A stretch of 63,187 bases of DNA, counting the filler, from Octopus bimaculoides (Eukaryota), in NCBI RefSeq assembly GCF_001194135.2. It is 5 parts of 5 records of this genome, joined end to end, with 100 filler letters (N's around TTAATTAATTAA, not from the genome) between each part and the next. Parts side by side here need not be neighbours in the genome. Positions count along the whole stretch, not along the records: positions 32,219 to 59,558 come from NC_068993.1; positions 59,659 to 63,187 come from NC_068988.1; 3 more parts are not named here. One strand, written 5' to 3'. Both the position numbers and the translations under genes were made by a program. This document shows positions 52,303 to 63,187 of the stretch, piece after piece (the stretch's first letter is position 1; every line of letters starts with the position of its first letter). The notes under the pieces are model-generated. The model did not search any database. It was not told the DNA's origin and was given only the letters and a program-made list of their open reading frames with translations.

Positions 52303-53941
52303 GTTTGTTTATGTGAATGTATCAGTCAGGGTTTGTATGTGATTATGTCCAAACGTTTATGCAAGTGCTGCTGGCTCGTAAATGCTTCTGCTTGCATTTT
52401 TTTCTTGGTTAAAATCACATTCACCAATGAGATCACTTATGGCGTACGGGTAAGTGCGTACGTGTGTACTCGTGGGTGGTTATTTTTGTGTAAGTATATA
52501 CGAGTGTTATATTATGATAATAGTAAGTGCTTATGTGTAAGATTATTACGTATTGCTATGCAAATATTGCTGTGACATTATTTGCTCAGAGATATGGTAA
52601 TTGGTTTAGTACAATATCTGTGATTTTCATCTTAGATAATCTAATAATCCAATGGAGCGCGGTTAGAATCGTCAAAACTAAGCTGTTCCTAAGTATGTTT
52701 AATGGATAATAGCTATGTAAAACCTCGACCCATTAATGAAGCTATTTTCAAAAAGTTCACACCTGCAGCGATAACAATTAACCTTGGAATCACTGTTGCA
52801 ATCCATCCAGTGATCGGTAGGGTGTGACTAAACACACTCCTGGCGGAATAGTCAGCCCAAAACTAAATGTCTATCTCGTTATAAACTAACGCATGGCAAC
52901 AGATTATAATTCATACTAGTTTTCTATCAACTCTGTGGAGTACGAGCTTACTTTGTGTTGCACATATTGGTATTAAGGCTTTGTTAGTCAGATGCGGTGT
53001 GTTGTCACCCCAAATTCTTTTAAACGCTCGTAATTTTTAGTTGGCAACTTAATTTTTTTGTTCTCTTCCTCTACTCTTCTGACACTGTGAGGGTGTGTTG
53101 CAGGTGTTGTGGCGCAGTTATAGCTCAGTTGTCACTGGAGGTATATGTCGGTTTTGTCTAGTCATCCTATGTATGTGACTAATGAAGTTCAGTTTTTGAC
53201 TTGATGCATATTGTAACGGAGATTGCGTGTAATGTTATTCTTTAAACGCTAATATCTACCATAGATATTTAAAAATTACACGAAATTGTGTATTCTGTGG
53301 GGTTTTTTTCCAAATAAATGTACTCTGAATCTAAGATTCTTTAGCTTTTCCATAATTCTATAATCAATTTAATTGTATTGTTTTATTTGTTTTATATTAA
53401 TATCAATCAGCCACAAGGTTTCCAACTTCTCAGCAGAACCAACAGGATAAGTATATTTACGTAATACTAAAACGATAAACATTTATATATTGCAATTAAC
53501 CATGTTCGGAAAGGTTACTAAAGAAGGGTTAAACGTGGCAGAACGTATCGCGTGTGAATAGGAAAAATGGACATAGGAAAAAAACAAAAAAACAAGAATC
53601 AATGATAAATTAAATATTCTCGTACACATGTTACTAAGAACTAGATATTCCCAAAACTTAGGATAAAATATTCTCGTTTATTTCTTTCATTCTTTTCCTG
53701 TTTATTTTCTATTATTCCTTTCTGTTTACCATTTATATTCCGCTATGATAGTTGGCCTTGCAAAATAGTTTGTTTTGGTAAAATAACTTGAAACCTGGTT
53801 CGGAATATAGATGGTAAATGTTTTTATTTTTCATTCCTTTTCGAAATTATCCCTAATTTTATGGTGTAGAGCTTTGGCTGCTCTTTCTAGCGGGTCAGAT
53901 GTCCCTTTATGGGCATCTCTAATGTGTATTAAATGTACACT

Positions 53942-53996
<55 letters not shown>

Positions 53997-54269
53997 ATAT
54001 ATTGGTATATGTCTTTATGAACATACATGCGCATGCAAGTGTATACATTCATACGCACCCAACACACACTCATGTCAATATACATTTGATTGTATTTCTC
54101 CCCATTATTGCTGTTCAGCTTTCTAAGTTGCTATATCTGCCGGATCGGCAAGGTTAATCTAAAGAATAAATACCCGACTCCCAAGTAACTCTTAAGGTTG
54201 AAATCTACGAAACCAGTCAAGGCAGTTATCCAGCATGGCAACAGTTCTGTAATGAAAATAAGTAAACGA

Positions 54270-54600
54270 AAAGGCAGGTTTGTACGATAAGACGTTTACT
54301 TCCCAACCACATTGCTCCAAGTTTAGTTCCATTATGTGGCTCTTTGGTCATATGCCTTTGATTATAGCACCGGGCGGACCAACTCGTACTGAGTGGATTC
54401 GATCGTCGGATACTCGAAGATGCCTATCGTATATATGAATGTATCTATGTACGTGTGTATGTAATTGTGCTTGTGTATGTCAACCACCATAATTTGACAA
54501 TCAGTGTTTCTTTGTTCGTACACCCAGTAAGCTAGCGTTTCGGCAATAAAGAACAATAGAATAAATACATGGGTCCAAAAATAAGAACAGGGTTCGAATC
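54270..54600 (+). mobile_element. Degenerate dominant SINE
   Basis: TTCCCAACCACAT head, ATAGCACCGGGCGGACCAA, GAGTGGATT and TAGCGTTTCGGCAA blocks. Confidence 0.65.
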
Positions 54601-55530
54601 TTTAAAGGAAAAGCCACAAGGCGAGTCCCTAGGATGGTGGAAGTCCAATAGTTAAAACAAGGGAATTAGAAAAGGTATGAGACTTATGTGTGAGTTTGTG
54701 TGTGTTTGCATGTGTGTGTGTGTATGTTGCTGTGTTTGTTTCCCTGAAAATGTGTATGTGTATGTGTAGGTATATATTTAGGTGTGCATAATAACTCAAA
54801 AATTGTAACATAGAAAAAGTGTAAGTAAACAAAATAATAATAGACAAAAACCAAAAGAAAGAATTACAAATTCTCCAAATATCTTTCCGCTATGTCGTAA
54901 ATCTTTCAATAGAAATATATTGGAAACCAGTAAGAGATTAGATGAAATTCAGAAGAATTATAGTAATATTGATCAGTCAATATTGGAACTATGATAGTCC
55001 TGTTTCGACATATATAGTAATAGCCGTTCAATACAAACATACATACACACAAAACATACTTTACTTATAGGAGTGTATATATGTATGTATATATATTCAT
55101 ATGTATTTTTATATATATATATANNNNNNNNNNNNNNNNNNNNNNNNNNNNNNNNNNNNNNNNNNNNNNNNNNNNNNNNNNNNNNNNNNNNNNNNNNNNN
55201 NNNNNNNNNNNNNNNNNNNNNNNNNNNNNNNNNNNNNNNNNNNNNNNNNNNNNNNNNNNNNNNNNNNNNNNNNNNNNNNNNNNNNNNNNNNNNNNNNNNN
55301 NNNNNNNNNNNNNNNNNNNNNNNNNNNNNNNNNNNNNNNNNNNNNNNNNNNNNNNNNNNNNNNNNNNNNNNNNNNNNNNNNNNNNNNNNNNNNNNNNNNN
55401 NNNNNNNNNNNNNNNNNNNNNNNNNNNNNNNNNNNNNNNNNNNNNNNNNNNNNNNNNNNNNNNNNNNNNNNNNNNNNNNNNNNNNNNNNNNNNNNNNNNN
55501 NNNNNNNNNNNNNNNNNNNNNNNNNNNNNN

Positions 55531-55583
<53 letters not shown>

Positions 55584-56003
55584 ACACATATACTATATCA
55601 GGACATCAATATATATATGATATGTGTGTGTGCGCGCGCCCGCATATGTTTCTGTGTGTATGCATAAGTTCGAACATGTGTATATGTTATTCTCCTACGT
55701 TTGTGTGAAACGTGTCTGTAGGTGCGTGCGTACGATAATCAAGAAAACTCTATTCATACGACCAAAGAGTTGTCATAAGGTAAATATAGACAAGGATTTT
55801 AACTATTGATGTGCAATATACTTGTAACTTATTGCTGTAATAAATGTATGTTCTTTCCTAGCGAGTAGCCTAGTGTTGTACACAACCTAATAATACCTTA
55901 CTTACCACGTACTGTCCACTCGTATGTGTATGTTTATATGGGAACGTATGGGCATCCATATTTGTCCTTAATTGTAAGTAATTGTAGGTTTCAAATGAGG
56001 CAT

Positions 56004-56052
<49 letters not shown>

Positions 56053-56162
56053 ATGTATATATATATATATATGTGCGTGTGTGTGTACATATATAAATTT
56101 TCTGTTAATCATAGCTGGGATGCGTGGCGCAAAGTCACACACACACACACACACACACATTC

Positions 56163-56194
<32 letters not shown>

Positions 56195-56290
56195 ATGTGT
56201 GTCTGTTTGTGTTTGTGTGTATGTGTGTGAGAAAATGTTTGTGTGAGGTGCTTGTGTGTCTACGCATAGGCACATATACACACAATTATC

Positions 56291-56344
<54 letters not shown>

Positions 56345-57081
56345 TGTCATACCGGCCATGACGAAGGGAAATAGCCCTGAAACTCGAGTCGCCTTTATAT
56401 ATATATATTTATATTTATATATTTATATATTTGATCCTTTATATTGAACACTCAATATTTCATCTACATTCAATACTTTATTTCATGGTGCCATCCATTT
56501 TTATTTTATTTTATATTATATATTGTATATTATATTATATATTGTATATTCCATATTCTATACCCCACATTAGTTCTGCAGGAATATAAATAAAACATAA
56601 AAAACAGACAGTGTTGGAACTCTATTAAGCAAAATAATATATTCCTCTATACACAATCATACAAAAAAATCCACCTTTTTTTGTATTTATTTTTACTCGC
56701 ATATATATATATATATATATATATACATAACGTGAAATATTATACACTAAAAATCTGTGTACGAATAGCTCGTGTGTTTTAGTAAAAGTGAAGTTCCTGA
56801 GCGAATTATATAGACTCATACGGTCGCCAGGACTGTGTGACTCGCACTTTGGACTTAGTGTGACATTTAAAAGGCCGCCGATCTCTCTCTGCATACGTAC
56901 AGAATCTCACTGGCAAAGATATATAGGCACTGATGTCGCAAACAGCCGCAGTAAACAAAATCACATGCTCAGACAGTTCCGTTGCCCATAGCAGACGGTT
57001 TTTATCTACAATGTTTATAAATGTGTGCGATTTGCAGCACCAGGCGTCCACATAACAGGCCCTCTCAACGTGAGTATAATA

Positions 57082-57308
57082 TTGGGCTGTTCGGAAAGTC
57101 CGTGCCGATATTTAAAGGAAAGCAAAAGGTCAATAAATACTTGCCATTACATTTTTAATCAACCAAACATGAATCATTTTGTTGCACAATGCGTCTCCAG
57201 CTTTCCGTTAACTTGAAAATACCCTCTTCCCAGAATTGAGGTGGTTTCATGGCGAATAAGTCGAAAGGAAAACTACTATAAATAGGCACGAACTTTTTGG
57301 ACAACCCA
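57082..57308. mobile_element. Mariner-type MITE with 25-bp TIRs and a TA target duplication
   Basis: TA|TTGGGCTGTTCGGAAAGTCCGTGCC ... GGCACGAACTTTTTGGACAACCCAA|TA. Confidence 0.85.
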
Positions 57309-57395
57309 ATACTATTCGGCCTTCTAACAAAGCAACCACGTTAATTTGGATGCAAACATTGCCTTTCTGTATTAATTCTGTTTCTACTACTACCA

Positions 57396-57433
<38 letters not shown>

Positions 57434-58583
57434 TTGTGTGTATAAGTAAGCACAGTTCCCATTTAAAATTTTAAACTTCACATGTGTTTATTTTATTCCA
57501 TCGCCACAGCAAGGACCTACCCTAGGATGGTCGTACGGCTTAAATTTCATTTTGTACCTCTGTATCTATAGTATCCTAACAACTCTTGGTGTATTCAACG
57601 TTGTTTACCTGACTGTGAGCTACATGTTATCTAACCTCACTATTCNNNNNNNNNNNNNNNNNNNNNNNNNNNNNNNNNNNNNNNNNNNNNNNNNNNNNNN
57701 NNNNNNNNNNNNNNNNNNNNNNNNNNNNNNNNNNNNNNNNNNNNNNNNNNNNNNNNNNNNNNNNNNNNNNNNNNNNNNNNNNNNNNNNNNNNNNNNNNNN
57801 NNNNNNNNNNNNNNNNNNNNNNNNNNNNNNNNNNNNNNNNNNNNNNNNNNNNNNNNNNNNNNNNNNNNNNNNNNNNNNNNNNNNNNNNNNNNNNNNNNNN
57901 NNNNNNNNNNNNNNNNNNNNNNNNNNNNNNNNNNNNNNNNNNNNNNNNNNNNNNNNNNNNNNNNNNNNNNNNNNNNNNNNNNNNNNNNNNNNNNNNNNNN
58001 NNNNNNNNNNNNNNNNNNNNNNNNNNNNNNNNNNNNNNNNNNNNNNNNNNNNNNNNNNNNNNNNNNNNNNNNNNNNNNNNNNNNNNNNNNNNNNNNNNNN
58101 NNNNNNNNNNNNNNNNNNNNNNNNNNNNNNNNNNNNNNNNNNNNNNNNNNNNNNNNNNNNNNNNNNNNNNNNNNNNNNNNNNNNNNNNNNNNNNNNNNNN
58201 NNNNNNNNNNNNNNNNNNNNNNNNNNNNNNNNNNNNNNNNNNNNNNNNNNNNNNNNNNNNNNNNNNNNNNNNNNNNNNNNNNNNNNNNNNNNNNNNNNNN
58301 NNNNNNNNNNNNNNNNNNNNNNNNNNNNNNNNNNNNNNNNNNNNNNNNNNNNNNNNNNNNNNNNNNNNNNNNNNNNNNNNNNNNNNNNNNNNNNNNNNNN
58401 NNNNNNNNNNNNNNNNNNNNNNNNNNNNNNNNNNNNNNNNNNNNNNNAATTACTTTTTCCTTAGTAAGTATAATGGGTAGGGATAGCTCCGCGAACTATC
58501 CACACCTCCTAGATTCACTGAACAGTGAAAAACCCCATGCTATAATTACTCTGACTGCTATATCTGTTTATGTAAGCACACAC

Positions 58584-58632
<49 letters not shown>

Positions 58633-59694
58633 TCTACCAATACTATCGCGTCCGCAAACACACCAAAGGACACTCCCATCTATTCGCACATATACATTCC
58701 ACACCAACTACAGTAGCGTTTCCTACTGATATACCGATATATGTTTTGCGTTGTTTAGCCCACATTACGTTCAATATAAGCTGCACCCAATTTCTCTTCT
58801 TCCTATATTTACTCTAACACTGAGCTTGCTGTGCTGTATCATCTCTTCCTGTGTGACTAAGGAACATACTCGTACGTGACATCGCTGGACAAATGAAGCT
58901 TCAAGGATTATTTTAAACAAGACGATATATTCGTAGCGACAGATTCTGGTGAAAGGGCAGTCAGCTCGTAAGGAAAACAGGAAAGAAAGAAAGAAGAGAA
59001 AGATCTAAGGAGAATGTAATAATATTTGCATACAGCAGCAGGTGTTAGATCAAATACCTTTTATATCCTCATTAAACATTTATATAGTGTAGATATCTGA
59101 CGACTGTTTCCTATTTCGTTACTCAGTGTTATTCCTTCATATATGCTTAGTTACATATAGATACCGCTGAAGACACAAACGCATACACGTGCGTGCACGT
59201 GCAAGCACACGCACCGACACACAGACATTCGCACACAGATATATTCTATATTTATGATTACATACCTGCCACCACACGCAAACGCACTCGGACACACACA
59301 CATACACATTCGTAGATACATAGATCTATGTAAATCGCATTTATATATGTACGTGTATCTCTCTCTATATAAACATGTCTGTATCGCATTATCTACAAAG
59401 ACTCACACGCACCTATGCATATATACGGACAATGACAAACATTCTGTGTCGCTAACGATAACGTGAAACAAACATCAAATAAATCTAACTCTAACTAAAT
59501 GCTATTACTTACTCTTATGTATGTATACATAAATATGTATATATATATATATATATATNNNNNNNNNNNNNNNNNNNNNNNNNNNNNNNNNNNNNNNNNN
59601 NNTTAATTAATTAANNNNNNNNNNNNNNNNNNNNNNNNNNNNNNNNNNNNNNNNNNNNATAATGTACGTGTGTAGTATGTGTGTGTTTGTGTTT

Positions 59695-59895
59695 GTGCTC
59701 TCACAACCACTTGACAACTGGTGTGTGTGCATTTTCGGCCTCATAATTTAGCGGTTCAGCATCAAAGTTCGAATGAATGAGTACCAAGTTTTAAAAAGTA
59801 GAAAAAGTACTGGAGTCGATTCGATCGACTATAATTCTTCAAAGCAGTTCCACATCATTTCATTGCCGCAATTTAATGTCTGAACCAATAAAAAG
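59695..59895 (+). mobile_element. Degenerate dominant SINE, 3' half
   Basis: CTTGACAACTGGTG...TTAGCGGTTCAGCA...AGTACTGGAGTCGAT...GCCGCAATTTAATGTCTGAA. Confidence 0.65.
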
Positions 59896-59906
59896 ATAAA
59901 TGATAA

Positions 59907-59945
<39 letters not shown>

Positions 59946-62900
59946 CATGTATGATTGTGTGTATCAGTTTGTGTGCGTGTATGTATGCGTAAGTGTCCAT
60001 ATAACCGCATATTAATATATATAGACATGTGTATTTCGTTGTTTGTATGTAAACACGTAAGTAAAACCTTACATTTGTGCGTCGGCACCTTGCGTGCACT
60101 AGTGTTAAGAAAAATATGAAGACAACCGAAACACGTCTCAACAAGTAAAGAACAATTTTGTACGGAGATAATAATTTTCTCAAATTAGGATGCCTATAAA
60201 GTAAAATAATTCGAAGATTTCACCAATACAATGTGGATGAGTAAATGTGCTACCTGCCCATTGTTTCATATTTGTCCGAAAATTTCGCTAAAATCTCTCA
60301 GCTAGATGATTACGATGAGTAACCGATCGGAACTGCGTGCCTGTTTTTATAGGCTCAGTAAATGTGCTTAGAATTTAATTTTATACACTATATTTTCAAA
60401 ATAATGTCAAGAAACATCTAATTTAGTTAAAACGCGCAGATTAAATTTGATGAAAATTAAGATGTGGATAATATTTGATGGGTGATAGTATCCTTTATTG
60501 GAAATTGAGTTATATATAGCTAAAAAGTACGCTCTATATGCTCTCTAATTGAGGCGATAAATGCAAGTCCTCTTCCAAGAATATAATTGCCTAACGGTAT
60601 GGACTTTAATAGGCACTGCACATTAGCGTAATTTCATGTTACAGAATTCTATAAATAAACTTCTTCCCTACAATGCGTTAAATGTTACCAGCAACGCCAT
60701 ATCAGTTAGTGAGTAATATCTGAATTTGATTTGCACAGCACAGAAATTCTACTTAGATATTTTCGCGATTTTAACCTACAGAATGCGATTAAATTATGCA
60801 AAATTAGTTTGATCTATATTTTGGACCTTTAAAATAAATGTTTGGTTGAATTGGTATTCATAGAATCACACGTAACATGTGCTGCCACACAACATTTAGA
60901 ATCAACAGACATGCACAATCATGCATAAATATATGTGATACGTATATCAATATCAGATTCTTGGACCTCTGATATTAATATCAATCATGCTATATTCTCA
61001 GCTTAGACATTTTAATGAGATTTTAAATACGGGACTCTTATCGACCCCAAAGGAAATTTTGTATTTTCTAACATAATTATTCGAAGCTCCTTTATGATTT
61101 TAATAAACGAAGTTTATCATGCTTCACCCCTGAACATCTTTCAGATGTAAAACTATCTTCAATATTATTTAGGGAAGATAAAAATGTTACAACCCTGTAT
61201 AATAAGAAATCTTCATTTACATAATGATTGCTAACAATACCAATACATTAATATTTTATATGAGTTGACGTCCAATAATGTTTTACAACAATCAATCAAT
61301 ATATTACAGTATATTCTGGATCGATTGCAACACACATTTGATAATAATAATTATGAGCTTAAGAATCTCATCGTAGTTCATATAAAAGATAGTTTTCAAG
61401 ATCTGAAAACATTTCTATTGTTGCTGTACTTCTGTTCTTGAAGTCGAGAAATACTTAATGCATCATTATAGTTACACTTCTTACAAATATATATGGATAA
61501 CAATATTTACTTCACTAAGACTGTGTAGCACTTAAACAACGAAATAAATATGTGACAATGTTAATTATTGAATTTGTGTTTTAAATTTGGTAATACAATA
61601 GTTTTGTGTTGCATGAAGTCGGGGTGAATTCCCTATTACTTATTTGCGTGTGCATATGTATTTATATATTTCCATATATGAAAACAAACCTATATATACG
61701 TCACTGTGTGTATGCACGCATAACTGGTAATGTGTATACTAATTTGAATTCTTAATTTACAAAACAAATCTGTTTTGACAGTTTTCTCTTTTTTATACAC
61801 GTGTTCATACTTAAGCTTTTGATTTTGTGAACAGAAATATCAATAACATAAACTTCAATACTTTTAGACTTTCAAAGAATTTTTTTCTCTATGAACCCAG
61901 TTTTAATTAATGAAAAATAATTTCTGTAAGTAATCAATATTTTTTGGAAACGTCATATTATTTAAATACAATCCAATCTGATAACAATGAATGTCTAAAC
62001 GATGATATCAATTAAATACTACTGTAACTTTCAATATCAATTCCACTCAGTCGAAATTGAAATTCAAAACATTCGAGTTAGGATGTATTGTTTATTAAAC
62101 TTTTAATGGCTAGTGTAATATTTTCTATCCCAATTAAAGAAATTTCAGCTTAGTCAGTTACAAATGAAACAAATAGTCAATGTCTTCCATTGAATTTTCC
62201 TGACAGGCTAACAAAATCTGATAGGCTTTATTGTTTTTCTTTGTTTCACTATCTGAATGCTTTGTTATATGTTAAATACGATTCTATGGAATAAAAATAG
62301 TTTCATTTTGTTTTCAATAAATATCTTCGAACACAATTATAGCTGTAAATAATTGAAGACATAAAAAAGATGCATATGACAATTATATTCATTTATTCTC
62401 CTCCTTACTCAGTTCTTTACTCATCTGAAATCTATAATTTCGAAGTACTAAGGGAGTCTGTATATGATAGATTCATCTGCTAGAAATAACAGAAAAATCA
62501 TTATCTCAAATTCTGTTTTAACGTCTGTAAAATATAAAATCTCATTCAATAGTCGAATATATTCCTGCAGAAATACTACAGATGTAAGATGGTGCAGCTG
62601 AGGCTGAAATGTTTCAATGATAGTTTTGGTTTTCATATTTGCTTCTGGAGTTAAACAAGAGCAAGATTTCACTAAACACGCATTGCACATCTGGCCTATG
62701 TATGGTTGTATTCAATAGTGTGAGGCATATTATTTATCGACGTTTAAGAAGTAAAATATAATGAGAGGTCAGCAGAACTGAAACAACAGGAAAATCCGGC
62801 ATGGCCTAGATAATATTCGTTGAAGTCAGACTTGTAATTTACGTTTTCAATTCAGAATTAATATATTTGTATTATATTGAAATGTAAATCTAAATGCAAG

Positions 62901-62998
62901 CAGAAGACTCGCTGGAAAATCGTAGTTTCTTAGTTCATATATAAAAACATTGTACAAACACTACAAGTCAAAGTTAGGCTTCAGGAAAATGAGATACA

Positions 62999-63030
<32 letters not shown>

Positions 63031-63044
63031 CATCTATCTATCTT

Positions 63045-63079
<35 letters not shown>

Positions 63080-63187
63080 CTTCTCACGGACGTGCTGTCA
63101 CATCGGCTGCGAAGGTAAACGTTTATTTGACCATTTACTGTCCACATTTTGTTGGAATTTTTAAATACTTTTGTTGCGAAGCACCTA

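Noticed and set aside
57039-57070. 32-nt candidate exon (APGVHITGPLN) with a GTGAGT donor
   Set aside because: Weak acceptor, 10 aa is too short to identify, not sGC-like, and it abuts a MITE
58930-58970. ILVKGQS as the next sGC exon (ELKGQM)
   Set aside because: The match ends after KGQ; no downstream GSP or SDIP motif

Overview
Eukaryotic, AT-rich draft-assembly DNA dominated by microsatellites and N gaps. The SINE families and repeat content point to an octopod cephalopod (inference). The only securely identified host coding sequence is one 571-nt internal exon (8237-8807, +) of a soluble guanylate cyclase alpha-like subunit (end of a pseudo-H-NOX domain plus the start of the PAS/HNOBA domain). 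I found no further sGC exon in the remaining ~54 kb, so most of the window is probably one long intron, with exons possibly hidden in gaps. A separate 51-nt candidate exon (1990-2040) lies in a CpG-depleted block left of two scaffold joins and probably belongs to another gene. The rest is decayed mobile DNA: many tRNA-derived SINEs, a Tc1 transposase pseudogene, mariner-, piggyBac- and foldback-type MITEs, and 3' remnants of CR1/L2, HERO, R4/Dong and Penelope-like retroelements. The most interesting signals are: (i) several hammerhead-ribozyme-like motifs, all on the sense strand, including a 234-nt tandem dimer that looks like a non-LTR retrozyme; (ii) a CR1/L2 LINE end carrying the same 3' tail as two different SINE types; (iii) a foldback element with a TTAGGG core. 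All identifications come from manual reading and recalled family motifs; no database searches, folding or alignments were run.
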